From a virus, in IMG/VR virus record IMGVR_UViG_3300050120_000126, positions 2,407 through 66,406 of that record: a stretch of DNA of 64,000 nucleotides; one strand, given 5' to 3'. The notes below the pieces were generated by a model. The model did not search any database. It had not been told where the DNA came from and worked only from the letters and a program-made list of their open reading frames with translations. This document shows, one piece after another, positions 18,951 to 28,957 of the stretch (position 1 is the stretch's first letter; each line of letters begins with the position of its first letter). The position numbers and the translations under genes were made by a program.

Positions 18951-20816
18951 ATGGCAACGAAATCAATTCACACGATTGAAATCGATGATGTTGCGTTTAA
19001 GGAATTTCAAGGCCGTTTTGCTAAGTATCAACAAGCCCTGCAAAAGACATCGCCAGCATGGAAAAAGGTCGATGAGGCAATTAAGGCCGCCAAAGGAACG
19101 AACGATAAATTGCGTTTGACGATGGCCGGTACTGCTTTCCAAATCAAGCAGGCCGAGACTGCGCAGAAGAAATTCACCATCGCTGCGCAAGGTACCGGCC
19201 GCGCAATGGGTATCGTTGCGAAGAGTACCGGCACTATCGCCAAGAACGTCGCTAAAACGACTCTTTCTCTATTGAAATGGGTCAGCCTTGGCAGCCTGTT
19301 TTCGGGCCTGCTAGGAACGGGTAGCTTATTCGGTATCGATCGCTTGGCCAGGTCGGCATCTGATTCACGGCGTCAATCTCAGGGCTTGGGCATTGGTGCT
19401 GCTGAACTGAAATCTGCGCAATTGAATTTCTCGAAATTCACCGACGTTGATTCAGCATTGGGCAACGTCGCCGGCGCGCGCGGCGATCTAAGCAAGCGCT
19501 GGATATTCTCGGCGCTTGGCATCGATCCAGAAAAAGGCAGCAATGTCGATATTCTCGGCACTTCGTTGAAAGCTGCGAAGCATTCATTTGAATCGAACGG
19601 CATGACGCAGCAGGGTGCGGACGCCCATGGTCTGACCCAACTATACAGCATGGATGATCTACGTCGGCTGCACGCAATGACGGACCAGGAAATCGATGAT
19701 GCGGTTACTAAACAGAAATCCGATCGAGATGCGCTTGCGATCACCGACAAGACGCAACGGTCATGGCAGGATCTGAATATTCAGTTATCGCGCGCCGGCG
19801 CATCGTTGGAAAACCAGCTCATTAATAAATTGGCGACTCTGACCGGCCCGCTCGGTCGGCTTTCGGATTCAGTTTCGAAGGCATTCGAAGCATTTTTGAA
19901 TACGCCGAAAATTGGTGGGTGGATAGATGGGTTAGGTGATGGCATCCAGCGATTCTCAAAGTATTTGGCATCCGATGAATTCAAGAGTGACATAGATGAT
20001 TTCGTTGACGATTTAAAAACGTTGCGCGAGGCAATTTCCAGTCTAGCAGAATGGATTAAGAAATTATTTCCTGCTGCTCTTCCAGGCGCTAAGGATGACA
20101 AAGGAAATACACCAAAAAGCGCGCCTGGCACATATGACCATCACGCGCCGCATACCATCTCGCAAGGCGCAGCCGAGACTTTACATCGCATTGCGAACGC
20201 CGCAAATAGTTCTCCCGATGCGGCGCCGGGTCAGCGCGAAAAATATGGGAAAGCTGCTTGGTATAACGGGTGGAATTTATTCGCGCCAGATCAGCCGCCT
20301 GGAGCACGATCTGTAGTCGGAAAAATAACATACGGCGCCAGTTCCCAAGCCAAATATCTTGAAAGCCTGGAGAAAAAATACGGCAATCCCGATGGAATAT
20401 TGGACAGAGTCTGGTGGGCTGAATCCAATCGCGGGAAAAGGATGCTTTCTTCAAAAGGCGCCGCTGGCCATTTTGGGTTTATGCCTGCGACCGCCAAGGA
20501 ATATGGCCTTGATGATCCGAATGATTTCAATTCATCGGCCGCATCCGCAGCAAGGAAAATAAAGAATTTGCAGGCCGAGTTTCACGGAGACATTGAGAAA
20601 TCTATGGCTGCGTATAACTGGGGAGATGGCAATCTTAAAAAAGACATCGCAAAGTATGGCGACAATTGGAAAGACCATTTACCTAGTGAAACTGAGGCAT
20701 ATATCAAGAAAACGACGGATGGGTTAGTTTCGCCTGGAATGTCCCATACCAACATCGAAATCCGCAATAACACTGGCGGCAGCGCCGTCGTAACGACAAA
20801 TGCATTGGCTTATTAA
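18951..20816 (+). CDS. Tape measure protein with C-terminal lytic transglycosylase domain
   Basis: Helical A/K-rich body; SLT motifs AES..., SSKGAAGHFGFMPATA, AAYNWG. Confidence 0.85.
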   Translation: MATKSIHTIEIDDVAFKEFQGRFAKYQQALQKTSPAWKKVDEAIKAAKGTNDKLRLTMAGTAFQIKQAETAQKKFTIAAQGTGRAMGIVAKSTGTIAKNVAKTTLSLLKWVSLGSLFSGLLGTGSLFGIDRLARSASDSRRQSQGLGIGAAELKSAQLNFSKFTDVDSALGNVAGARGDLSKRWIFSALGIDPEKGSNVDILGTSLKAAKHSFESNGMTQQGADAHGLTQLYSMDDLRRLHAMTDQEIDDAVTKQKSDRDALAITDKTQRSWQDLNIQLSRAGASLENQLINKLATLTGPLGRLSDSVSKAFEAFLNTPKIGGWIDGLGDGIQRFSKYLASDEFKSDIDDFVDDLKTLREAISSLAEWIKKLFPAALPGAKDDKGNTPKSAPGTYDHHAPHTISQGAAETLHRIANAANSSPDAAPGQREKYGKAAWYNGWNLFAPDQPPGARSVVGKITYGASSQAKYLESLEKKYGNPDGILDRVWWAESNRGKRMLSSKGAAGHFGFMPATAKEYGLDDPNDFNSSAASAARKIKNLQAEFHGDIEKSMAAYNWGDGNLKKDIAKYGDNWKDHLPSETEAYIKKTTDGLVSPGMSHTNIEIRNNTGGSAVVTTNALAY

Positions 20817-21535
20817 TGTCTTCGATTGAACGCACAGTCTTTAAACTCGGCTATGAGATATCGCCGATTATATTGACGGGTGGCATCGCAGCGTTAATTC
20901 CAGGTGGGATGCTGCCTATCGTAGCCATTACGGAAGCGGCGAACTTCACGCTTGGCTTGTTGCACGGCAGTCTCGATATCAACCTTGATAACTACTTTGC
21001 GCATTTCAAGCCGGCGCCGGGCAGCATGCTGGCGAATAACCAAATTGGTTCATATCCGTTCGCCAATCAAGTGATCGCGGCGAACTCGATCATTGCGCAG
21101 CCGCTGCCGGTGTCGCTGCTTATGTCGTGTCCTGCTAATACAGCAGGCGGCTATGTTTCGAAGTTGCTCACGATGAGCGCTTTGAAGACCGTCCTGGCTT
21201 CTCATAGTTTCAGCGGTGGAACCTATACGGTTGCGACGCCATCGTACATTTATACCGGCTGCATTTTGACCGGATTGCGTGATGTATCTAGCAGTGGCAG
21301 TAAGCAATCTCAGACGGAATGGCAATGGGATTTTTCGCAGCCTTTGATATCGCAGGCTGGGGCCGCGCAGGCGTTGAATGGTCTGCTGAGTAAGATCGGC
21401 GGCGGCCTGCCACAAACTGGCATTCCGTCATGGTCAGGTATCGCGTCTACCGTTGGATCGACGGCAAGTGGCGCCGTCTCCAGCGTTGTGACAGGTGCTC
21501 AGAATCTTGTCGGAACCCGGATCAGCATGCCATGA
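20816..21535 (+). CDS. Baseplate/tail-tube initiator protein
   Basis: Position after tape measure. Confidence 0.55.
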   Translation: MSSIERTVFKLGYEISPIILTGGIAALIPGGMLPIVAITEAANFTLGLLHGSLDINLDNYFAHFKPAPGSMLANNQIGSYPFANQVIAANSIIAQPLPVSLLMSCPANTAGGYVSKLLTMSALKTVLASHSFSGGTYTVATPSYIYTGCILTGLRDVSSSGSKQSQTEWQWDFSQPLISQAGAAQALNGLLSKIGGGLPQTGIPSWSGIASTVGSTASGAVSSVVTGAQNLVGTRISMP

Positions 21536-21798
21536 CAATTTTCGATTTTATACCGTCACAGACATCAAATTTTCAGTTTCAACCGACGCTTGATGGTCAG
21601 CAATATACGGCGATCATTAATTGGAATTTGTTCGGTGAACGCTACTACTTTAATTTATACACGCTGCAGGGCGATTTGATTCTTTGTCTCGCTTTGATCG
21701 GATCACCGCCAGGCTATGACATTTCTTTAGTCGCTGGATATTTCACGTCTACATTGGTATTTCGCGCTGCAAGTTCGCAATTCGAAGTATCCCCTTAG
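21532..21798 (+). CDS. Small baseplate protein
   Basis: ATGA overlap; FQPTLDGQQY..INWN motif. Confidence 0.6.
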   Translation: MTIFDFIPSQTSNFQFQPTLDGQQYTAIINWNLFGERYYFNLYTLQGDLILCLALIGSPPGYDISLVAGYFTSTLVFRAASSQFEVSP

Positions 21799-21809
21799 CC
21801 TGGTCACTG

Positions 21810-22766
21810 ATGCGATATTACTCAATCGTCGTCATTAATGACGACGGGTCGATCTATCGGAGATACACATCGTACGACGCGGCAAGTGGATCGACGTTGC
21901 CGGGCGCTTTAACTGTTGAGCTAGATATTCCGGTTTATACGTTTGAAACACCGGCCGGTGCAGCGTATGTGAGAGTTTGGGGCATTGGTCTAGCGGAAAT
22001 TGGGCAGTCGTCTAATTTCAACGGAAAAGAGATTCAGGTGTTCGGCGGCATGGCAAAGGGGTTGCCGCTTGCAAATCCTGCGCAGGCCGGGCTACTGGCC
22101 CGCGGGCAGATATTCCAGGCTTTCGGTAATTGGCAGGGTGTCAACCAGTCGTTGGATTTTGTTTTCTACGCGTCGACCGGAAGCGCTTCGGCGCCGATGA
22201 ATTTAGTCATCAACTGGATGGCCGGCATGCAATTATCGGCCGCCATCAATGACACGTTGCAAACGGCTTTTCCGACCTACAAGCGGACGATCAATATCAG
22301 CCCAAATCTGATTCTGTCGCATGATGAGCCGGGTTTGCACCAAAGCCTCACGCAGTTCGCGAGTTATATCAATTCCGTCAGCAAATCGATTATTGGCGGA
22401 GCGTATAGCGGCGTGCGAATGGTCATCAGGAATGGTGAGATATTTGTATTTGATGGCACGACGCCGACGACGCCAAAGAAGATCGTATTTACGGATTTAA
22501 TTGGTCAGCCGACTTGGATCGATTTTGGGACGATCCAGATTCAATGCGTGATGCGTGCCGATATTCAAGTGGGAGACTATATCTCCCTACCTCAGAGTCA
22601 GGTAACGACCACTGTGCAGTCGAATTCCCAGTTCCGCAATAGTTTGGTCTTTCAGGGTTCATTTCTTGTGAATAGAGTGCGTCACGTGGGTAATTTCCGC
22701 CAACCTGATGCTGCCTCATGGGTAACAGTTATTGATGCCGCAACGGCAATTGTGGCGGCGCAATGA
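21810..22766 (+). CDS. Baseplate hub protein
   Basis: LIGQPTW and C-terminal VRHVGNFR...W motifs; position. Confidence 0.7.
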   Translation: MRYYSIVVINDDGSIYRRYTSYDAASGSTLPGALTVELDIPVYTFETPAGAAYVRVWGIGLAEIGQSSNFNGKEIQVFGGMAKGLPLANPAQAGLLARGQIFQAFGNWQGVNQSLDFVFYASTGSASAPMNLVINWMAGMQLSAAINDTLQTAFPTYKRTINISPNLILSHDEPGLHQSLTQFASYINSVSKSIIGGAYSGVRMVIRNGEIFVFDGTTPTTPKKIVFTDLIGQPTWIDFGTIQIQCVMRADIQVGDYISLPQSQVTTTVQSNSQFRNSLVFQGSFLVNRVRHVGNFRQPDAASWVTVIDAATAIVAAQ

Positions 22767-23482
22767 GCGATCACTTAAAGACCCCGTTGGCGAACTCGCT
22801 TAATGCGTTTGCGAGCAAAGCAGTCAATGATACGAACCAACTGATCGGTAAAGCATTGCCTTGTTCCGTGGTGTCAGTGACCGGCAGCATCGTCAAAGTG
22901 AAGTTTGAGATAAATAGCGATTTCACGCTACCGCAAGTAACAATGCCGTTGTTTGGACCTATTTATATCCGGTATCCGATTCAACCTGGTGATAAAGGTC
23001 TGGCTATACCAGGCGATGCGTATTTAGGCGGCATGAGCGGCTTGGGTGGTGGCGTGGCCGATCTGACGCAGCGCGCAAACTTGTCGACGCTGACATTCCT
23101 CCCGATCGGCAATACAGACTGGAGTGAGGTCGATCCGAACGCAGTGACGATCTACGGGCCGAACGGCGTTGTTCTACGCGATACGGGATCTGGGTCGATA
23201 TTCACTCTGACACCGACAAGCATCGCCATTTCGACGCAGGATAGTTTCAAGGTGACATGCGGCAGCACGGTATTTGAAATGACGCCGGCAGGATGGTCAT
23301 TGACTGGCGCCGCCGGCAATCTACAGGATGGCGCGGCGCACACGTCCCCCGAAATAATGAATTTGGCTTGGTCGGCATTGACGACATGGATTAATAGCCA
23401 TACCCATACATCGGAAACGCCAGGCACTCCGACAAGCACTCCAATAACGCCATTCACTGGCACTTCAATAGCTCCTACCTAA
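22763..23482 (+). CDS. Baseplate spike (gpV/Gp138-like)
   Basis: PIQPGDKG OB-fold motif; terminal HTH metal-binding (NSHTHT). Confidence 0.75.
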   Translation: MSDHLKTPLANSLNAFASKAVNDTNQLIGKALPCSVVSVTGSIVKVKFEINSDFTLPQVTMPLFGPIYIRYPIQPGDKGLAIPGDAYLGGMSGLGGGVADLTQRANLSTLTFLPIGNTDWSEVDPNAVTIYGPNGVVLRDTGSGSIFTLTPTSIAISTQDSFKVTCGSTVFEMTPAGWSLTGAAGNLQDGAAHTSPEIMNLAWSALTTWINSHTHTSETPGTPTSTPITPFTGTSIAPT

Positions 23483-23483
23483 T

Positions 23484-23831
23484 ATGCGCACGTACGGAAG
23501 AGTCTATAACCAACTGGATGGCACCTATAAATGGGTTGAAGTGTCGACCGATGTAAATGGCCATAACGACTATGTTTGGCTGACGACGTTGGTGCAGTGT
23601 TTGAAATTGAATCTGAATGAATCGCCGTTTTACGCTAATTATGGGATTCCTGCGCAGCCATCGGTAATCACGCAGATTTTCCCCGATTTTTATGTCAATC
23701 AAACGCAGACGCAATTTGCAAAATATTTCGCCAGTTTGATTGTTTCGAAAATTAGCTCGCCGACACCAACGTATCGAATCAACGCTATTACCAACCAGGG
23801 AACGACCGTAGCAGCCGATATCCCAGTTTAA
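23484..23831 (+). CDS. Baseplate wedge small subunit
   Basis: LKLNLNESPFYANYGIP motif; upstream of baseplate J. Confidence 0.6.
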   Translation: MRTYGRVYNQLDGTYKWVEVSTDVNGHNDYVWLTTLVQCLKLNLNESPFYANYGIPAQPSVITQIFPDFYVNQTQTQFAKYFASLIVSKISSPTPTYRINAITNQGTTVAADIPV

Positions 23832-23904
23832 TTTCTCAAACATTTAATAAGGCCGCGAACAGCAATGTTCAGCGGCCTTTTTTATTCCCAATTCACTGGT
23901 AGAT

Positions 23905-25341
23905 ATGCCGACTCCATTAGCCTTAAATATGACGGCCACTGGGCCGCAGCCGCAGTCACCGCAGGATTTGAACGCGCAGTTGATCGCACTGGCGACAGAA
24001 TTGGCACCGGGCCTGACTGCTAATTTGCCCGGCTCATTGGTGGAGGACATCTCCAGTACTGATGTGGGCGCGTTGCTGGTATGCGATTCTGCCGCGGTTG
24101 ATTTAGTCGACTCGATTACACCGCGCGCAGCGAATCTTTTCATTCTGAACCAACTTGGCCAGATATACCTTGGCGCCGTCAATGGTGTGCAAGGGGCGGC
24201 CACGAACAATAGCGTCAACGTCGTGTTTTCAGGGCCGCCAGGCTTTGTAATCGCCGTCGGGTTCACGGTATCGGATGGCAGTCATCAATACACCGTTGAG
24301 GATGGCGGCATTATTGGCAGCGGCGGTACGAGTCAGCCTTTATTCTGTCTGGCATCATTAAGCGGCTCATGGGTTATTTCGCCGGGATCTGTAACGCAGG
24401 TTATTACCTCCGTTCCTTCCGGCATCGCAATTAGCGTAACCAATCCGCTAGCCGGCACGATAGGACTGGGAGCGGAAGCCGAGGAAGCATATCGCGTTCG
24501 GATATTGATGGCCGGCATAGCTTCCGCGCAGGGCATGGCGACATTCCTGAAGACGCTGCTCATCGCAATACCGGGCGTTCAGCCAAGGCTCGTATCGGTT
24601 CGGCAGATTACTGGCGGTGGATGGGAAGTGATTTGCGGTGGCGGCGATCCCTATTTCGTTGCCTACGCAATATATTCGGGTTTATTCGACATTTCAACCT
24701 TGATTGGCTCGGTGCTGCATGTGACCGGTATTACGGTTGCCAATCCGGGCGTCGTGACGACAGATTTAAATCATGGGTTCACGACTGGGCAGGTAATTAA
24801 TATCACCGGTGTAGTCGGCATGACAGCGGTGAATAATACGCCTTTGACTGTAACGGTCATTTCTCAAAAATCGTTCAGCATCGGCAGTACAGTCGGGTTT
24901 GCGGCCTATGTTAGCGGCGGTGTGATTACCCCGAATCTGCGTAATCAAGAAGTGACCATTAACGACTATCCAGACAAGTATTTAATTCCGTTTGTTTTGC
25001 CGCCGCAGCAGATCGTGACGATTTCTCTTACATGGAATACCTCGGCGACAAATTTCATATCTGCTGCGGCGGTCGCCCAGCTCGGCGTGCCGGCGCTGGT
25101 GAATTACGTGAACAACGTTCCGGCCGGCGTCCCGATGAATTTATTTGAATTGCAAAATGCTTTTCAGTTGGCAGTCGTGTCGATCATTCCGACCGAACTC
25201 TTAACGCGCATGATCTTTGCAGTCTCAATCAATGGCATCGGTGTTTCTCCAGATGCAGGAACCGGCATTATCCCTGGCGATCCCGAATCCTATTTCTTCA
25301 CAAATACTTCCGGTACGGGTATTTCGATTGTTCAAGGCTAA
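23905..25341 (+). CDS. Baseplate J-like protein
   Basis: LNQLG, VTNPLAG..G..AE.EEAYR.R, IPGV motifs. Confidence 0.85.
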   Translation: MPTPLALNMTATGPQPQSPQDLNAQLIALATELAPGLTANLPGSLVEDISSTDVGALLVCDSAAVDLVDSITPRAANLFILNQLGQIYLGAVNGVQGAATNNSVNVVFSGPPGFVIAVGFTVSDGSHQYTVEDGGIIGSGGTSQPLFCLASLSGSWVISPGSVTQVITSVPSGIAISVTNPLAGTIGLGAEAEEAYRVRILMAGIASAQGMATFLKTLLIAIPGVQPRLVSVRQITGGGWEVICGGGDPYFVAYAIYSGLFDISTLIGSVLHVTGITVANPGVVTTDLNHGFTTGQVINITGVVGMTAVNNTPLTVTVISQKSFSIGSTVGFAAYVSGGVITPNLRNQEVTINDYPDKYLIPFVLPPQQIVTISLTWNTSATNFISAAAVAQLGVPALVNYVNNVPAGVPMNLFELQNAFQLAVVSIIPTELLTRMIFAVSINGIGVSPDAGTGIIPGDPESYFFTNTSGTGISIVQG

Positions 25342-25344
25342 GGC

Positions 25345-26043
25345 ATGCTGGCCAACATAATTCCGTCGTATTTGTATGTCGAATACAACGATGACGACGA
25401 CTTGCAAGCGCTTGTCACGGCATTTAATACCTCTGCCCAGGAATATGTCACTTGGTTCAATCAAGTCGGCCTGCCGATCTATACCGGCCCGCTGATTGTC
25501 GGAGACTTGCTCGATTGGGTAGCGGAGGGCTTATACGGAATCAAGCGCACGCCGCTGCCTGGTGGTAATGACCAAAAAATTGGGATGTACGGGACGATTC
25601 CATATGGCACGCGTCCCTTTGCGACTTTCAAGGTACTCGATCCAAAAGTCTATTACCTGACGAACGACGATATTTTCAAACGGATCATCACCTGGGCCTT
25701 TTTTAAAGGCGACGGCAAGGTATTCAATATTCGATGGTTGAAGCGCCGAATAATGCGCTTCCTCAATGGAGTGAACGGCGTTGATTTCAATATCGACCAG
25801 ACGTATCAAATCAGCGTTTCGTTTGGTACGGGCAATCAAGTCAATATCGGAGTTCTTTCGAAGACAGCGACATTTGTTGGCGGCTCGTTTGGCGCGACGC
25901 CATATGGTGTGCTTCCCTATGGGGCGTCAAAGTTAAAAATCACACCGTTTCCTGCATTTCAATTTGCTCCAATTTTGAAAGCCGCTATTGAATCTGGCGC
26001 GCTAGAACTACCGTTTCAATACACATACGTTGTAGATATTTGA
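25345..26043 (+). CDS. Baseplate wedge protein (DUF2612-like)
   Basis: GDLLDWVAEGLYGIKR and DDIFKR motifs after baseplate J. Confidence 0.7.
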   Translation: MLANIIPSYLYVEYNDDDDLQALVTAFNTSAQEYVTWFNQVGLPIYTGPLIVGDLLDWVAEGLYGIKRTPLPGGNDQKIGMYGTIPYGTRPFATFKVLDPKVYYLTNDDIFKRIITWAFFKGDGKVFNIRWLKRRIMRFLNGVNGVDFNIDQTYQISVSFGTGNQVNIGVLSKTATFVGGSFGATPYGVLPYGASKLKITPFPAFQFAPILKAAIESGALELPFQYTYVVDI

Positions 26044-26128
26044 TTTAAAAATCACCCCTGAGAACCCGCCAACAGAAATGTTCGACGGGTTTTTTATTGC
26101 AAAAAAATAAGTCTTCATTCGAGGAAAT

Positions 26129-27376
26129 ATGGCGCTCACGCAAATATTTGCCAACCAGGCGAACACCACATTGGCCGGTGCGATCACCAATACGGCACTG
26201 ACCGCCAACCTTGCGCCGGGATCTGGCGTTTTATTTCCATCCCCAGGTGTCGGTCAATACTTCACGATGATCTTCAATGACGTCGCTACCAATCTTTCTT
26301 ACGAGGAAGTCTGGGTAACAAACGTCACCGGTGATACGATCACGATGATTCGGGCGCAGGAAGGGTCTACGGCAAAAGCCTGGGATGCTGGTGACATTGC
26401 TTTTAATGGCATGACGGCCGGCACCGCGAATTCATTTAGTCAAATTGCCTCGTCTCAAAGCAATGCCTTCAATTACGGCATAGATATTGGATCGGCTAAT
26501 GCTTACATTGTTTCGTTCACGCCGGCTGTTACCACTGCAACAGATGGGATGCCGATCTGGTTTAAAGTCAAAACGAGCAATACAGGTGCTTCAACGCTGA
26601 CATTGAATGGACTTTCCGCGATACCGCTGATCGGTCTGTCGGATGCGCCACTACAAGGTGGCGAACTTATTGCCAATGGAACTGCCTTGGCAGTCTATAA
26701 CGCTGCGACATCGTCAGCCGTATTGATTGCCTGCACTGGAGGCGCCAGCCAGGTAGCAAATGCGACGAAATCATTGCATGCCATCAATATGGCGACTGCC
26801 GATGCGCGATACGCTCCAATCAATCAGGCAAAAATACCAGGCACGTATGTTTTTCCGGCGGGATCGACAGCGCCAACCGGCTCCCTAGTTTGTCCAATCG
26901 CTCCGACTAATATTTCACGTACAACGTACGCCAATTTATTTGCTGCAATAGGAACGATCTGGGGTGCTGGTGACGGCAGCACCACATTCGGCATGCCGTG
27001 GTTCGCAGCAGATACGCCGCTTGTGCAGGCCAATGGAAACGTCGGAACAACTACGGCCGGCGCCGCTAATGCCCACTTACATGCGGTAAGCATTACATCT
27101 GGAACTGAAAACGCTTTCCATACCCATCCGGTCACTGATCCAGAGCATGAGCACGTGCTGGAACTGGCGAATAACAATAATTCGAACCCTGGCGCTGGCG
27201 CTCCAGGGTTCCCGCTTGCTGGTGGCGATTCAACGAGTCCTGCTCCTACCGGAATATCTTTGGGTGCTGAATCCACCACCCATGGTCACTTGGTATCGGG
27301 GAATACAGCGAACTCCGCTGGTAGCGCAAACAACATGCCGGCCGGTACTCGCAGCCTGATTTGTGTCTGGTACTAA
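26129..27376 (+). CDS. Tail fibre protein with collar domain
   Basis: ISRTTYANLFAAIGTIWGAGDGSTTFGMP collar motif; HxH repeats. Confidence 0.85.
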   Translation: MALTQIFANQANTTLAGAITNTALTANLAPGSGVLFPSPGVGQYFTMIFNDVATNLSYEEVWVTNVTGDTITMIRAQEGSTAKAWDAGDIAFNGMTAGTANSFSQIASSQSNAFNYGIDIGSANAYIVSFTPAVTTATDGMPIWFKVKTSNTGASTLTLNGLSAIPLIGLSDAPLQGGELIANGTALAVYNAATSSAVLIACTGGASQVANATKSLHAINMATADARYAPINQAKIPGTYVFPAGSTAPTGSLVCPIAPTNISRTTYANLFAAIGTIWGAGDGSTTFGMPWFAADTPLVQANGNVGTTTAGAANAHLHAVSITSGTENAFHTHPVTDPEHEHVLELANNNNSNPGAGAPGFPLAGGDSTSPAPTGISLGAESTTHGHLVSGNTANSAGSANNMPAGTRSLICVWY

Positions 27377-27384
27377 GGAAAATT

Positions 27385-27972
27385 ATGAATACTAAAACCG
27401 TTTATTTGTTCGATCCGATTTCATTTCAATATATCGGACCATATGCAGCGCAAGAGTCACCAGAAGAACCGGGGAAATTTATTGAGCCAGTTTCCTCAAC
27501 TGGAATAGTTGTTCCTGAATTTGATCCGACAGCATCGATCTGCACATTTCATCCTGCAACGCAAACATGGGTTATTGCAGCGATTCCGGCGGCGCCAGTC
27601 GAACCAGACCCACCAGTCGTGCCGCCGACACCGGCCGAAGTAATCGCATTAGCCGTGCGCTCGGCTTTCGCTGCCGGACTGACTGTGCGAAGCACTGCAA
27701 CGCCCGCTATCAATGGCACATATCCGCTGGACGAAGCGACGCAAAACAAGATCATGGCGCTCGTTCTGTTCACGCAGATGAATAATGATTTCCCTGGCGG
27801 CGCTTCCGTTTATCCAATGCCCGATATCTCCGGAGCAATGCATATCTTTCCAAGTATCGCGGTATTCGATGTCTGGTCGACAGCGATTGCAAATCATGTC
27901 GCCGCGATTGATCTGTACGGCGCATCTTTGCCTGGCGCCGTTCTACCCGCACCGAATATCACTATCGCATAA
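27385..27972 (+). CDS. Tail fibre assembly/chaperone protein
   Basis: QESPEEPGKFIEP motif; follows the fibre gene. Confidence 0.65.
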   Translation: MNTKTVYLFDPISFQYIGPYAAQESPEEPGKFIEPVSSTGIVVPEFDPTASICTFHPATQTWVIAAIPAAPVEPDPPVVPPTPAEVIALAVRSAFAAGLTVRSTATPAINGTYPLDEATQNKIMALVLFTQMNNDFPGGASVYPMPDISGAMHIFPSIAVFDVWSTAIANHVAAIDLYGASLPGAVLPAPNITIA

Positions 27973-28077
27973 CAAAAAACCAATTCCAGCAGAGCGACCT
28001 TCGGGTCGCTTTTTTATTCCCCGCAATGGCCGCCTCTTTGGCGGCTTTTTTATTTCAAAACCAAATAGGAATACATC

Positions 28078-28536
28078 ATGGCCAAAGGCGACGTACATTT
28101 TTTTGCATCGTTTGTTCAAAAATCCCAAGCGGGCGTTTCGTTTAATTTGACGTCCGATGCATTGAAGCTCGGCATCGTCAACAATACCATCGTGCCGACT
28201 GCATCGACTGCCGACCCTCGCTGGGGTACGGGCGGCACTACCAACTTTCTTGCCAATCAGGTCGCGCTGGCCACTGGCTATTCCGGCCCGATCGCACTGA
28301 CATCGCAAGCATTCACGCAGACCGGTGCGGTAGTCACATTAACCGCGGCGAATGTCGTAGTTGCACAAGATGCATCCGGCTTCACCAACGGCTACTACGG
28401 CATTTTGTACGACTCGACCACGGTCGGAAATTATGCCATTGGCTTCGTCGATCTGGGCGGTCCTGTTTCCATCGTATCCGGCCCACTGAATATCAACTGG
28501 AACGTCGCCGGTATCGGCACGGAAACAGCCTCGTAA
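28078..28536 (+). CDS. Virion-associated protein (accessory fibre module)
   Basis: RBS; beta-rich; first of three genes after a terminator. Confidence 0.55.
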   Translation: MAKGDVHFFASFVQKSQAGVSFNLTSDALKLGIVNNTIVPTASTADPRWGTGGTTNFLANQVALATGYSGPIALTSQAFTQTGAVVTLTAANVVVAQDASGFTNGYYGILYDSTTVGNYAIGFVDLGGPVSIVSGPLNINWNVAGIGTETAS

Positions 28537-28596
28537 TACCTCCATTGGCGGGCGCTTAGGTGCTCGCTTTTTTTCGTCAAATCATTTGGAGGCGTC

Positions 28597-28956
28597 ATGG
28601 CCGCAACAAAATCACAAACAACTTGTATCGCCACAGGAACATCGAATGCCGCTGGCGCTACGACTACCGGTACAGTCGTCAATCTCACCACTACGTATAG
28701 TGCGACGGTGACGGTAAAGTTGACCAACGGCGCAACTGCGCCGACGGTGCCAGGCAAGGCGCTCGTCTATATTTCTGGTGATAACGTCGATTTCAACCTG
28801 TTCCAAACGCTCACTGGCGATACGGTTAATAGCAGTTTTTATAACTGGGATGTAACTTTGCCACCGGCAGCGGCATATTGTCGTGTTGACCTGACCGGCA
28901 ACACGGGTCAAGCCATTACTGGCGAAGCATTGGTTTTAGCCATAACCGGCATCTAG
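28597..28956 (+). CDS. Thr-rich hypothetical structural protein
   Basis: GGAGG RBS; Thr/Gly-rich beta composition. Confidence 0.55.
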   Translation: MAATKSQTTCIATGTSNAAGATTTGTVVNLTTTYSATVTVKLTNGATAPTVPGKALVYISGDNVDFNLFQTLTGDTVNSSFYNWDVTLPPAAAYCRVDLTGNTGQAITGEALVLAITGI

Positions 28957-28957
28957 C

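Noticed and set aside
23849-26097. Shared AACAG(C/A)AATGTTC core in two hairpins (near 23850 and 26065)
   Set aside because: Most simply two related intrinsic terminators; two copies are too few to claim a regulatory motif
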